Assembly (NCBI GenBank): GCA_035913415.1
Contig: JAMIIV010000199.1
Span: forward strand, 6,229-70,228
Length of the DNA: 64,000 nt
Origin: Fibrobacteria bacterium
GTDB taxonomy: Bacteria; Fibrobacterota; Fibrobacteria; UBA5070
Direction of reading: 5' to 3'
The notes under the pieces are model-generated. The model was not told where the DNA came from. It saw nothing but the letters and a program-made list of their open reading frames with translations, and searched no databases. Positions 1 to 11,305 of the stretch are shown piece after piece. How positions within the stretch are numbered: position 1 is the first letter of the stretch; each line of letters begins with the position of its first letter. The position numbers and the translations under genes are program-made.

Positions 1-474
1 CTTGGACAGGGTGGTGTAGGGGAGGGGGAATCCGGTGATGCCCCGGGCGAGGGAATCGCCGAAGGTCTGGAGGGAGCCTGGGGAACGGTGGGTCAGCCAG
101 GCGCGACCCACGGCGTCGGTGAACAGATTGATGCCGGCGCGCAAGGTGTCGCCGGGTTGGAAGCTGCCGGCGGGCACGATGGTGGTGAGCACGTCGCTGG
201 GAGAGACCAGGGAAAAGACCAGTTCGGAGGCCGACCAAGGGATGGAGGCCGCGAAGGCGCCGGAACTGTCCGTGATGCCGGAGGCCAGGACACGGGTGGA
301 GTCGGAAAGGGTCCAGCGGGCGGCGATCAGAGCCGTGGTGTCTTCGGCCGAGCCGATCACCACGGCGGTGAGTTCGTTTTCGACCTCGGTGCTGGCGGTA
401 CGGTCGCTGGCGCAACCGGCAAGGGAGAGAGCCACCCATGCGGTGGTCACCCCGATGGGGTGTGCGAGACTCAT
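1..474 (-). CDS. Putative lipoprotein; 3' end runs off the window (signal MSLAHPIGVTTAWVALSLAGC). ATG overlaps the stop of the upstream TIGR02147 gene (ATGA).
   Basis: Manual minus-strand translation from about 474 downward gives a lipobox-bearing N-terminus (LAGC) and a Ser/Thr-rich open frame to position 1. It is absent from the ORF track because no stop lies within the window. Confidence 0.5.
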   Translation of the reverse strand, partial: MSLAHPIGVTTAWVALSLAGCASDRTASTEVENELTAVVIGSAEDTTALIAARWTLSDSTRVLASGITDSSGAFAASIPWSASELVFSLVSPSDVLTTIVPAGSFQPGDTLRAGINLFTDAVGRAWLTHRSPGSLQTFGDSLARGITGFPLPYTTLSK

Positions 475-1340
475 GGCTCTTCCCGCGAGTTGCGGACCTG
501 CGAGACCGGGAAGACCTGCAGCAGCGACTGGTAGACGCGCCGGGAGTCGCCGGCGACGCCGGTCCAGAACTTCTTGTTCTCGGCTTCCGACAACTGGACC
601 ATGCGTGCGCGCAACTCCTTCAGCTCCTGGCGGAAGGTGCGGAAGCCCTCTTCGGAGAGCACCAGGGTGAGGGCGGAGACGTCGCGCTCCTCCTTGGGGA
701 TGCGCTCGACCGCGTCGAGTCCGAGTTCCATCTGGGCTCGAATGTAGCGATAGTAGTGTTCGGGCCCGAAATGCGGGACCTTCTTGACGTGCTCCACCGA
801 CGGACGCAACTCGCCCGAGGCGAAGCGCTTGACCATGCCCAGGCGCTCCAGGACGGCGATGCCCTCCTTGGCCTGGGCCGCGGTGATGGGGGGATTCAGG
901 GACTTCGCGAGTTTGGCGGGATCGCCTTTGTACGGTTCGATCAGAAGCCATTCCCGGATGGCTCCGTAGTACCACTTGCTGAAGTACTCGAAGCGGTCGG
1001 GGTCGATGAGGTCGCGCGGGACCTCGTGGAAGCTGGCCAGCTTTTCGAAGGCGCGGTTGCGGGTGGGCACCGTGGGGGCGTGGACGTAGTCGACCAACGT
1101 CTGGAAGTACAGCTCCTCGCGCGCCGACAGGTTCAGGATGCGCGAGAACGCTTCCATCTGGGGACGCCCCAGCTTGCGGCGTCCGGCCAACAGGTCGGCG
1201 AGCCATCCGGAGGTCTTGACGCCCAAGCGCGACTGGATCCAGCGCTGGCTGATCTTCGCGTCCTTTTCCTTGAGCCCTTGAAGTGCGTCCTTCAGGAAAG
1301 CCCGGTAGTCGGTGTAGTGGAAGATCGAGATCACGTCCAT
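471..1340 (-). CDS. TIGR02147/DUF4423-family protein (Fibrobacter succinogenes paralogous family).
   Basis: 289-aa ORF. From memory, its sequence character (e.g. MDVISIFHYTDYRAFLKDALQGLKEKDAKISQRWIQ..., LTLVLSEEGFRTFRQELKELRARM) resembles TIGR02147 members. It overlaps the downstream lipoprotein gene by 4 bp. Confidence 0.55.
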   Translation of the reverse strand: MDVISIFHYTDYRAFLKDALQGLKEKDAKISQRWIQSRLGVKTSGWLADLLAGRRKLGRPQMEAFSRILNLSAREELYFQTLVDYVHAPTVPTRNRAFEKLASFHEVPRDLIDPDRFEYFSKWYYGAIREWLLIEPYKGDPAKLAKSLNPPITAAQAKEGIAVLERLGMVKRFASGELRPSVEHVKKVPHFGPEHYYRYIRAQMELGLDAVERIPKEERDVSALTLVLSEEGFRTFRQELKELRARMVQLSEAENKKFWTGVAGDSRRVYQSLLQVFPVSQVRNSREEP

Positions 1341-1714
1341 GGTCCTGGGTAACAGGATACCTCTAATTCCCCGGTGGCGTCTCCTCCGAAGGAGCGTGCG
1401 GTGCCGCCCGTGGCCTTTCCTCGCTAGCCGGCCGCGGGCGGCGACCTCCTGTCCGGCTCGGGCCCGTGCGGTCCCAGGTCAGGCGTTGGGACCGTGTCGG
1501 GACCTCCTCGGACAGGACGTCTTTCGCACTCCCTGAAGATCGTCTCCAGTTCCCCCCGAGGGCATCAGGAGCCCCGGTATATCCGCTCCCGGATTGGGAG
1601 CGATTCTCTCCGCCCGCCCGTTCGAGACGCGCCTTCGGCGCTTCTCAAGCATGTCCCGAGCTTGTCAAAGGGACGCGCGGTGGTTTGGGCCGTTCCGAGG
1701 TTTTTCTCCCGCTC

Positions 1715-2128
1715 TCAGCCCGGGGCGCGGGCGGGGCGGATGGAGACGATCTTGCAGGGGATCAGGGCGTCTTCGTCGTAGTGGTACACCGAACACATGC
1801 GGTGGTAGCCGTCGGCCACCAGCACGCGCCCGCCGTTTCCCGTGCGCGCCAGCAGGATCGGTGACAGCGCCTTGCCGTCCTCGATCTTCTCGTGGTTGCG
1901 CTCCACGTGGCTGTTGGACACGCCCAGCAGGGACAGGCTCGAGGCCCGGAAGATGTCCTTGGCCTTGAAGGCGGTCATGGGGGCCTCGCGCAGGTCCTTC
2001 ACGACCCGCTTGGCCTCGTCTTCGGTGTAGTGCAGCGACAGGTACGACAGGGCGCCCGGATAATTGTGGTCCTCCGGCTCGGAAAGCCAGTGGATCTTCT
2101 CCTTGTCGTCCTTCTTGCCGTTGCCCAT
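1715..2128 (-). CDS. Hypothetical small protein, possibly of the ParB/sulfiredoxin-like fold (DGYHR motif).
   Basis: ORF 1715..2236; the likely start is MGNGKKDDKEK at 2128. The C-terminal motif LVADGYHRMC resembles the DGQHR/GERRxRA motif of the ParB/Srx superfamily. Confidence 0.4.
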   Translation of the reverse strand: MGNGKKDDKEKIHWLSEPEDHNYPGALSYLSLHYTEDEAKRVVKDLREAPMTAFKAKDIFRASSLSLLGVSNSHVERNHEKIEDGKALSPILLARTGNGGRVLVADGYHRMCSVYHYDEDALIPCKIVSIRPARAPG

Positions 2129-2249
2129 CGTCGCGGTCCTTGGAGGGTGTGCGTCCTTCCGTGACCGCGCGGGAAGCGGCGCGGACGGCTCATACCGTGC
2201 AGGGTAGAAATCCACCCCGCCAGAAGCTCCGTCCACGTGCCGCCTGGAA

Positions 2250-2930
2250 TCAGGTGTTGGTGTCGACCGCGGGCTTGCGCAGCGAATCGGGGCGGACCGG
2301 CCGCGCCTTCAGAGTATCGGGCAGGATCTTGGGGAGGGTGGGGCGCACCGAGCTGTCGGGACGGATGGGGCGCACCTTCAAGGAGTCCGGAAGACTGGGG
2401 TGCTTGAGGGAGTCGGGCAGGGCGGGGCGCACTTTGGTGGTGTCCGGGCCGACAGGGCGGACCTTGGATGTGTCGGGGCGGACCAGCGAGCCGGGGCCGG
2501 CCTTGGGGCCTTCCGGCCAGCGTGGAGCGCGCAGGGTGCGCAGGCTGTCCCAGGTGGCGGAATCGAGGGTGAGGACCGGGCGATGGGCCTGGCGGAGGGA
2601 GTCGAGGATGGCGTGGGTGGCCGAATCCACGTGGACGTGCCGACGACCGCGGGGCACGAAACCCAACAACCTGTGGCCGGCCGAGTCGCACCGCACGAAG
2701 GCGGGACGCGCCCCATCGGGAAGGCGGATGCGGAAGGAACCGTTCGAGTCGACGACGACTTCGCCGAGGAGGGCGGAGTCATCCCCGAGCGCCGCGGCGG
2801 TACCGGCACGGAACGCCGAGACACCGGTGAGCGAGTTGCCGTCCGATGCGGGTGCCGAAGAGGTGGAGTCGTTGCATCCGGCAAGGGTGGCGGCGAGGGC
2901 GAACCCGGCCGCGAGCGCGAGCTTCTTCAT
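2250..2930 (-). CDS. Lipoprotein with Pro-rich tandem repeats (PDSLK/PDTxKVRP units).
   Basis: Start MKKLALAAGFALAATLAGC (lipobox) at 2930. The C-terminal half has about 8 repeats of RPxxPD(S/T)xK, visible also as roughly 33-nt DNA repeats at 2280-2500. Confidence 0.55.
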   Translation of the reverse strand: MKKLALAAGFALAATLAGCNDSTSSAPASDGNSLTGVSAFRAGTAAALGDDSALLGEVVVDSNGSFRIRLPDGARPAFVRCDSAGHRLLGFVPRGRRHVHVDSATHAILDSLRQAHRPVLTLDSATWDSLRTLRAPRWPEGPKAGPGSLVRPDTSKVRPVGPDTTKVRPALPDSLKHPSLPDSLKVRPIRPDSSVRPTLPKILPDTLKARPVRPDSLRKPAVDTNT

Positions 2931-3184
2931 GAGTCTCTCCTGGTGTGGAACGGTGACGGGACGAGTTGGCCCCGGGCACATCAGGAAGATCGGTCCCCTG
3001 CGTTGTTGACGCTGGGGGGAGGGAAGGGAAAGCGCTCCTGGACTGGGAGCGGTCGATGGGGAGCGGGATCTGGGAAAGCAAGACGATGCCGGTTCCTTTC
3101 TACATTTCCCGCGATCGTGACGAGCGCCATCACCCGGGCGTTTGTCGATTCCCCCCAGAATTCCCCTCGCCAGGAGTTTCTCCC

Positions 3185-5077
3185 ATGCGTATCCCTCGCC
3201 TACTTGCCGCGATGCTCGCGACGGCAAGCATCGCTTCGGCACAGATGGTGGTCAGTCACCAGTCGGCCTCCGCGGCTTCGCCGACCAACCAGATCAAGCC
3301 CTACCTCCAGATCGAGAACAAGGGATCCACCGCGGTCGATCTTTCGAAGATCACGATCGACTACCTGATGTACGAGCAGAACCTCCTGCCCACGGCTCTG
3401 GTCGCCGACTGCTGGTGGACTTCGGTCGGGGCATGCGCCGATCTCATCGCCGAGTTCGCGTCCATCCCGCTGCAGCAGGACGGGACCCGCAAGGCGAACC
3501 TGCGCGCGCGCATCGGCTTCGCCAAGGGATCGCTCGCGGCAGGTCAGAAATTGACCATCGAGTGGGGGCTCCACGAGCAGGGGTACCAGCACGTGTTCGA
3601 CGAGGCCGATGACTGGTCGTTCACGTCGGCCAACGGTCAGTGGAACATCGATTCCCGCGTGGCGATCGGTTCCAGCGGAACGGGCTCGACCGGGACCGGC
3701 ATGGTGTGGAAAGGTCTGGTTCCAGGTCTTCCCGCCGCGGCCACGGCGGGTGACGTGGTGCGCAGCCAGGCGCAAGACGCCTCCTTCGTGTACGACGGCG
3801 CGAGCTGGGTGCTGCTGGCCGAAGCGGGCAAGGTCGGGCCGCAGGGCCCGGCCGGTCCTGCGGGGGCCACGGGTTTGCAAGGGCCGGTCGGTGTGATGGG
3901 TCCGCAAGGTGTGCAGGGACCTGCAGGCACTTCGGGCGGGAGCGTCGATGTCACCGCGTTGCAGGCGCAGCTCGCGGCGATGCAGACGAGTCTCGCCAGC
4001 CAGGCTGCGGCCATATCGGCACTGACCGTTCTTGTCGGGCAGGGAAGCGGAACTCAGGCACCCGCCGGGACGATTGCGGTCGCGGCGGGCGAGGCGCACA
4101 GCCTGTTCCTGAAGAACGATGGGACGGCGTGGGCGACGGGAAACAACGGGTTCGGTCAATTGGGCGACGGAACCACGATCAACCGCATCGAACCGGTGCA
4201 GATTTTGGCAGGGGTGAAGGCGATTGCGGCGGGCAAATCCTACAGCCTGTTCTTGAAGAGCGACGGAACGGTGTGGGCGACGGGATTCAACGAACGCGGC
4301 CAGCTGGGTGACGGAACCCTGGCGAACAAGTCGACTCCGGTGCAGATTTTGACCGGGGTGAAGGCGATGGCGCCCGGTGTTTATCACAGCCTGTTCTTGA
4401 AGACCGACGGGACGGTGTGGGCGACGGGATCCAACGGTCGTGGCCAGTATGGTGACGGAACCACTGTTGGCAAGCAAACCCCGGTGCAGGTTCAGAGCGG
4501 TGTCGAGTCCATTGCTGCCGGCATGTTCTTCAGCCTGTTCCTGAAGACGGACGGAACGGCATGGGCGGCGGGGATGAGCCCTTTCGGCCAGCTGGGAGCC
4601 GGGTCCTCCGAGGACAGGCCGACTGCGGTGCGGATTTTGACCGGCGTGAAGGCGATCTCTGCGGGCTATTCCCACAGTCTGTTCCTGAAGAGCGACGGGA
4701 CGGCGTTGGCGACGGGATGGAACGCCTACGGTCCGTTGGGTGACGGGACCACCGAGAACAAGTTCGCTCCGGTGCAGATCTTGACCGGCGTGAAGGCGAT
4801 CTCTGCGGGCTATTCCCACAGTCTGTTCCTGAAGAGCGACGGGACGGTGTGGGCTACGGGATTGAACTCCTACGGCCTGTTTGGCGATGGGACCGGCGTG
4901 GATGTGTTGACTCCCGTGCAGGTGGGGGGCGGAGTGAAGGCTCTTTCTGCGGGCTATAACCACAGTCTGTTCCTCAAGACCGACGGCTCGCTCCAGGCTG
5001 CGGGGTTGAATTCCGACGGCCAGCTCGGGGACGGAACGGTATCCGGAAAGTCCATTCCAGTCCAGATCAACTACTGA
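3185..5077 (+). CDS. Secreted CBM3 (cellulose-binding) - collagen-like triple-helix repeat - 7x RCC1-repeat protein.
   Basis: Signal peptide MRIPRLLAAMLATASIASAQ. NQIKPYLQIENKGSTAVDLSKITIDYLMYEQ...DCWW matches the CBM3 signature. GPQGPAGPAGATGLQGPVGVMGPQGVQGPAG is a Gly-X-Y collagen repeat. Seven repeats follow of the form HSLFLKxDGTxWATGxNxxGQLGDGT (RCC1/ATS1-type). Confidence 0.7.
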   Translation: MRIPRLLAAMLATASIASAQMVVSHQSASAASPTNQIKPYLQIENKGSTAVDLSKITIDYLMYEQNLLPTALVADCWWTSVGACADLIAEFASIPLQQDGTRKANLRARIGFAKGSLAAGQKLTIEWGLHEQGYQHVFDEADDWSFTSANGQWNIDSRVAIGSSGTGSTGTGMVWKGLVPGLPAAATAGDVVRSQAQDASFVYDGASWVLLAEAGKVGPQGPAGPAGATGLQGPVGVMGPQGVQGPAGTSGGSVDVTALQAQLAAMQTSLASQAAAISALTVLVGQGSGTQAPAGTIAVAAGEAHSLFLKNDGTAWATGNNGFGQLGDGTTINRIEPVQILAGVKAIAAGKSYSLFLKSDGTVWATGFNERGQLGDGTLANKSTPVQILTGVKAMAPGVYHSLFLKTDGTVWATGSNGRGQYGDGTTVGKQTPVQVQSGVESIAAGMFFSLFLKTDGTAWAAGMSPFGQLGAGSSEDRPTAVRILTGVKAISAGYSHSLFLKSDGTALATGWNAYGPLGDGTTENKFAPVQILTGVKAISAGYSHSLFLKSDGTVWATGLNSYGLFGDGTGVDVLTPVQVGGGVKALSAGYNHSLFLKTDGSLQAAGLNSDGQLGDGTVSGKSIPVQINY

Positions 5078-5088
5078 GTCTGGTTTCC

Positions 5089-5107
5089 GGCGCCGCGTAG
5101 CGGCGCC
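5089..5107. terminator. Putative bidirectional stem-loop between convergent genes (GGCGCCGC-gta-GCGGCGCC); a second stem lies near 5222-5240.
   Basis: Perfect 8-bp GC stem read directly from the sequence. There is no clear U-tract, so this is a weak intrinsic-terminator call. Confidence 0.25.
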
Positions 5108-5261
5108 GATGGCGCCAGGGATGCCGCCCTTCGGGCCGGGACCCCGCATGCCGAAGGCGCCGGAAGGCGCGTCGGCGAGGAGGCCCGGTAGCGAGGGATG
5201 TGTTCCCGAGCGGAGGCAGCCCGACCCCGGCGCGATGCCGGGGGGCGCCCCTACTGCGGGC

Positions 5262-6710
<1,449 letters not shown>

Positions 6711-6846
6711 CGGCCCCTCCCAGGGTGTCGTGTACGGGTTTAAAATAGTACCGGAATGGTTCGGTATCAATCGAGCGGGAGATCCGATGTCCAACGCGGC
6801 ATCGCGATGTTCTATGATTTGGGGCATCGGAGGCTCGCCCGGCCCT

Positions 6847-9324
6847 ATGCAACTCACCCCTCGCGTCCATCGGTCGCTTGCCGGATTCGGCTTTGTTGCG
6901 CTGCTGACAAGCGCGGTGTTGTCGTGCCATGACGGCGGCGGAGCCACGGGAGGCGGCAACAGCGCCCTCTTCGGCACCCTGTCGGTAGGATTGCCCGACG
7001 CATCGGGAATTCCCGATCCCGACTCGGTGCTTTGGCGCACCTCCTGGACAGGCGGCAAAACCGATGTTTCCATCGATTCCGCCACCCGGAGAACCCAGGT
7101 CTCGTTCGTGTCGCCGGGGCTGGATGGCTTCGATACCGTCGCGCTGTCCAGTTGGACCCTGGGACTGCGGACAGGAGTGGGGCAGGCCGTGCGCGAGGAA
7201 GGTTCGAGGCTGCGCCTTCTGGAAGACTCCTGGACCGTGGATTCGGCCGCCTGCGCGATCCTCCAGCGCCGGCCCGTGTTGGCGCGCTCCGATGCGCTCC
7301 GGTTTCCCGCCTCGCCGGCGGGTTTGGTGCAGACCTGCGCCGCGTTGGTGGTGGCGGGTGATTCCGCCGTGGCGGGAATCCCCCCCTTCGTCCCCGTGGG
7401 CATGGATTCCGTGGCGCTGATCGACGCCATCGCCCGGAGCCTGGCACGCGAGGGGCGGTCGCTCCACGACATCGCCGCCCAGGTTCCGCGATTCGATTCG
7501 GCCACCTGGGGCCCCATCCTGCGGGAGCGGGTGGCCGCCGGGATCCTGCAGCCGCAGGAGCTCGCGGTCTTGTTGCCACCGCCCACCGTGACCCCTCCCG
7601 ACACCACCGCTCCCCCAGACACTACCGTCCCCCCCGACACTGTGGCGCCCCCCGATACGACCACCCCTCCCGACACCACTGTGCCTCCCGACACCGCCTC
7701 GCCGGTGGACACCCTCGATCCCGTTCCCCCGGACACGCTCGCGCCCGAACTGGTCTTCCTGGAAGGCCCGGAATCCGTTCCGGAGGATTCGCTGGAGGCC
7801 CGATTGGTCTGGATGGTTCTGGACGACCGCGGCGTGGCCCGGGTGAAGGTCGACGGCATCGAGGTCCAGGTCCGGGAAGGCGTCTACGCTGTGCGACGGA
7901 AATTGACATTGGGGGCCAACGTCGCGCGGATCGTGGCCCAGGACAGCGCGGGCAACACCACCCGCGACAGCATCGTGGTGGTGCGCCGCGACCAGACCGC
8001 CCCGACCGTCGTGCTGGTGTCGCCCCACCGTGGGGCGTCCGTGCCCGACGCGACGGGAGTCATCATGTGCACATGGACGGTTTCCGACAATTCCGGGAAG
8101 GTGGTGGTGCGCGTGGGAGGCGAAGTGGTGGTCCCGGCAGCCGGCTTGCACAAGTCCGTCCGGCCCCTCGGGTACGGCCGCAACAACATCGTCCTGGAGG
8201 CCACCGACGCCTCCGGCAACCTCACTCGGGACACCTTGGACGTGTCGCGCCGCGACCAGACCCCACCGGGTCTGCAGGCGTGGGCCGGGACCGCCTCGGG
8301 CAAACTTCCGGAGGGCACCACGAACGCCTTCGTGTCGTGGGTGGCCACCGACAACCACAAGGTGGTCTCGTTCCGGATCGCGGGCACCGACGTGACGGCC
8401 CTGGGGCGGTTGGGATCGGCCAGTGCGGCCTTGCACAACGGGCGCAATTTCGTGGTGGCCGAAGCCGTCGACAGTTTCGGCAACCGCGCCCGTGATTCCA
8501 TCGAGCTGGTGGTGGGGCGGCGCGTGGTGTCGGTGTCCGCGGGAGGGTACCACTTCGTGGCCCTGGATTCGGACGGTGGAGTGGTTTCGTGGGGGCGCAC
8601 CGTGTCGCCGCCGCCGGTGGGAGAGCCGCTGCGGGCCGTGGCGGCCGGACGCGTCGGGGCCCTGGGAATCACCCTCGACGACCGGCTCGTGGCATGGGAT
8701 ACCTCGGGCGCCGTGTTGTCCTTTCCCGCGGCTGCCGCGCGGAACGTCGCCCAGGTGTTCGTCTCCGAGCAGAACTGCGCCGTGATCCTGCGGGATTCCA
8801 CGCTGGTGACCTGGCGCCACGGCGCCACCACCGCCGATGTTCCGCCCACTTCCAAAGCTCTATCGATCGTCTGGGGCAGCACCTTCGGATTGGTGCACCG
8901 GCTCGACAGCACTGTGGCGATGTGGGGTACGATGCCCGGAACCCAACCCCCGGCCGATCTGGGCAAGGTGCGGTCGCTCGGTGCCGGCGGTGGACACGCG
9001 GAGGTGGTGCGCGCCGACGGCGTGTTGCGCTGCTTCGGGTCGCCGATCTCCAACACCCCGGCCATTCCTTGCCCCGACGGCGCGAGGGGAATCCGCAGCC
9101 TGGTGTCGGGAACCTGGCAGGGGTTGCTGCAACGGGAAGACGGCGGCATGATGGCCTGGGGCTTCAATCCCGCCGATCTCCTGATCGGTCAGGTTCCGTC
9201 AGCGGCGCCGGTTCCGGCGCAGGCGATGGCCGTCGGGCTCCACGACAACCTCGTGGTGCGACCCGACGGTCGGGTCTTCCAATGGGGGTACATGAGGTAC
9301 CCTCCCCCGGCCTCGGTGCAATAG
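6847..9324 (+). CDS. Large lipoprotein with PT-rich linker, Ig-like (HYR-type) domains and C-terminal RCC1-like repeats.
   Basis: Signal/lipobox [27 protein letters not shown]. Linker [40 protein letters not shown]. Repeated roughly 90-aa segments ([41 protein letters not shown]...). C-terminal [23 protein letters not shown] / [21 protein letters not shown] repeats. Confidence 0.6.
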   Translation: MQLTPRVHRSLAGFGFVALLTSAVLSCHDGGGATGGGNSALFGTLSVGLPDASGIPDPDSVLWRTSWTGGKTDVSIDSATRRTQVSFVSPGLDGFDTVALSSWTLGLRTGVGQAVREEGSRLRLLEDSWTVDSAACAILQRRPVLARSDALRFPASPAGLVQTCAALVVAGDSAVAGIPPFVPVGMDSVALIDAIARSLAREGRSLHDIAAQVPRFDSATWGPILRERVAAGILQPQELAVLLPPPTVTPPDTTAPPDTTVPPDTVAPPDTTTPPDTTVPPDTASPVDTLDPVPPDTLAPELVFLEGPESVPEDSLEARLVWMVLDDRGVARVKVDGIEVQVREGVYAVRRKLTLGANVARIVAQDSAGNTTRDSIVVVRRDQTAPTVVLVSPHRGASVPDATGVIMCTWTVSDNSGKVVVRVGGEVVVPAAGLHKSVRPLGYGRNNIVLEATDASGNLTRDTLDVSRRDQTPPGLQAWAGTASGKLPEGTTNAFVSWVATDNHKVVSFRIAGTDVTALGRLGSASAALHNGRNFVVAEAVDSFGNRARDSIELVVGRRVVSVSAGGYHFVALDSDGGVVSWGRTVSPPPVGEPLRAVAAGRVGALGITLDDRLVAWDTSGAVLSFPAAAARNVAQVFVSEQNCAVILRDSTLVTWRHGATTADVPPTSKALSIVWGSTFGLVHRLDSTVAMWGTMPGTQPPADLGKVRSLGAGGGHAEVVRADGVLRCFGSPISNTPAIPCPDGARGIRSLVSGTWQGLLQREDGGMMAWGFNPADLLIGQVPSAAPVPAQAMAVGLHDNLVVRPDGRVFQWGYMRYPPPASVQ

Positions 9325-9340
9325 GGGCCGCGCCCCTGGG

Positions 9341-9793
9341 TCAGGTCTGGGGTGCGCGGACGCCCTGCGTGCGCGAGCCCAGGAAGGGGCGGATCATCTG
9401 CAGGAGGGTGATGCCCGAAAGGGAGTCGCGCAGGGCCTGGTTGATGATGCCCCAATTCAGCCGGGTGGGACATTGGGCGTGGATGCCGCAATCCTGGCCG
9501 CCGCCGTGTTCGTGGCATTCGGTGAGAGCGATGGGGCCGTCGACGGCCGCGATCACCTCTTCGAGGGTGATGGCTCCGGCGTCGCGGCTCATGTGGTACC
9601 CGCCGTTGACGCCGCGCTGGCTGAGCAGCAGTCCCGCACGGCACAACAGCTTGAGCGTCTTGTTGACCATGGGCAGACTGAGCCCCGATCGGTGGGCCAG
9701 ATCGGAGGAGGAATAGACCGTGTTGGCGCCGCCGCGCGCGAATTGGGTCATCAGCAAGATGCCGTAGTCGGCTTGTTTGGTGAGGCGGATCAT
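9341..9793 (-). CDS. Rrf2-family (IscR/NsrR-like) transcriptional regulator with 3 conserved Cys.
   Basis: 150 aa: MIRLTKQADYGILLMTQFARGG...SGLSLPMVNKTLKLLCRAGLLLSQRGVNGGY (Rrf2 wHTH), then ECHEHGGGQDCGIHAQC (Cys ligand triad). Divergent from the efflux operon. Confidence 0.8.
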   Translation of the reverse strand: MIRLTKQADYGILLMTQFARGGANTVYSSSDLAHRSGLSLPMVNKTLKLLCRAGLLLSQRGVNGGYHMSRDAGAITLEEVIAAVDGPIALTECHEHGGGQDCGIHAQCPTRLNWGIINQALRDSLSGITLLQMIRPFLGSRTQGVRAPQT

Positions 9794-9807
9794 CCTGGCA
9801 ACCAAAA

Positions 9808-9824
9808 TAGAACCATTATGGTTC
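9808..9824. promoter_or_regulatory. Perfect palindrome AGAACCAT-T-ATGGTTCT in the Rrf2/efflux divergent promoter region; candidate Rrf2 operator.
   Basis: Read directly from the sequence. The 17-bp dyad lies in the roughly 100-bp gap between the Rrf2 start (9793) and the TolC-like gene start (9893). Confidence 0.4.
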
Positions 9825-9892
9825 TGATTGCAGAGGAGAGATTCTCGGGAATCGATCCGCTTCCTGGCGCGTCTCGGGTTTGTACCGTGGGG

Positions 9893-11305
9893 ATGCGTTC
9901 CCCGATCCGTCCTTGGAGCACCGCCTTGATCCCAGTCCTGCTCACCTTGTCCTGCTTGATGTCCGGCCCTCTCGATCTGGCTGAGGAGGCCTATCTGCGC
10001 ACGGTGCTGCGCCGGAATCTTTCCCTTCGCATCGACAGCCTGGAACGCGAAGGGGTGCGTGAAGGCGTGGTCGGGGCGGCTTCGGCCCTGCGCCCCCAGG
10101 TCGGTCTGACCGGCGATGTGGCGGCCAGCCGAGGGGAAGGCGATCGCGTGGTCGAGCACCTCCAGGGATCGGCGGTGGCTCGCCAGTGGGTTCCCACCGG
10201 CGGTACGCTCGAAGGCGGACTCCTGGGAGGCGCCACCCGTGTGAGCGAGGACGGCCGGGACCGCGATGTGGACACCGCTGGTGTGGAGGTGTCGTTCACC
10301 CAGCCGTTGTTGCGCGGTCGGGGGGCCGGATCCGAGGTGGCCTTCGCGCACCGCCAGGCGGCGCTGGCCGTGAAGGTGAAGGTGCAGGGGTCGAGAGCCG
10401 TGGTGCATGCGCGCTTGCTGGAGGCGCGCTCGGCCTTCTGGAAACAATTGGCGCGCGCCCAGCTCGTGGCGGCCCGGGTCGAAGACAGTGCACGCACCGC
10501 CAAGCTGCTCGAGGCGGCTCGCACGCGCCTGGCCATCGGATCGGGCTCCGAACTGGACACCCTGCAAGCAGGTGCCGAGCACCTGAAGTCCATGTCCGAC
10601 CTGCTTTCGGCCCGATCCGACGAACGTGGCGGCTGGCGCGAGATCCTGGGGCTTTCGGACAGCTCGGGGGTGGAGCTTCCGCTGCCCCAGCGAGGAGCCT
10701 TGCCACCGCCGTTGGAAGGTCCTCTGCCCGACAGTCTCGCCCTGCTGGCCCTGGCCATGGAACGTTCGCCGGAGCTCGCCCAGGCGGCGGCCCTGCTGGA
10801 GAAGGCCGAGTCGGAGCGGGATCAGCGCGGACAGGCCCGTCTGCCGAAGATGGACGCCACGGCGCTGGCCCGCCACGATCTGCTCGACGGGGGCTGGGTC
10901 CTGGGCGCCAGGGCCCGCCTGGAATGGGACATCCCCGACGGTGCGGGGCGTTCTCGGTACCGCCAGGCCCTGCTGGACCTGCACGCGGCCGGCACGCGCC
11001 GCGAGGCCGCCAAGCAGGAATTGTCGCGGCAGATCGGGGCCCTGGTGGAGTCCGTCGCGGCCTCGCGGGCGCGTCTGGACATGGCGATCCGCCTGGCTCG
11101 CGCCCAGACGCGCCGGTTGGGCGCCTCCGAGGCGGGGTGGAACCTGGGGAAGATCCCCTGGACCGATCTCTCCGCCTCGCGGCGGGATGCCCTCGATGCC
11201 GAGGCCGCCGCCTGGCAGGCGCTGGCCTCGGCGAAGATGCTGGAAGCGGAACTGGAATCGCGCACGGGCACCGGCCCGGAGCGCCTCGGATGGAGCGCGG
11301 AATGA
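9893..11305 (+). CDS. TolC-like outer-membrane efflux protein (OMF family).
   Basis: Starts MRSPIRPWSTALIPVLLTLSCL (signal). Coiled-coil and beta-barrel repeat character typical of OEP/TolC. The stop overlaps the start of the downstream membrane-fusion gene (ATGA). Confidence 0.7.
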   Translation: MRSPIRPWSTALIPVLLTLSCLMSGPLDLAEEAYLRTVLRRNLSLRIDSLEREGVREGVVGAASALRPQVGLTGDVAASRGEGDRVVEHLQGSAVARQWVPTGGTLEGGLLGGATRVSEDGRDRDVDTAGVEVSFTQPLLRGRGAGSEVAFAHRQAALAVKVKVQGSRAVVHARLLEARSAFWKQLARAQLVAARVEDSARTAKLLEAARTRLAIGSGSELDTLQAGAEHLKSMSDLLSARSDERGGWREILGLSDSSGVELPLPQRGALPPPLEGPLPDSLALLALAMERSPELAQAAALLEKAESERDQRGQARLPKMDATALARHDLLDGGWVLGARARLEWDIPDGAGRSRYRQALLDLHAAGTRREAAKQELSRQIGALVESVAASRARLDMAIRLARAQTRRLGASEAGWNLGKIPWTDLSASRRDALDAEAAAWQALASAKMLEAELESRTGTGPERLGWSAE

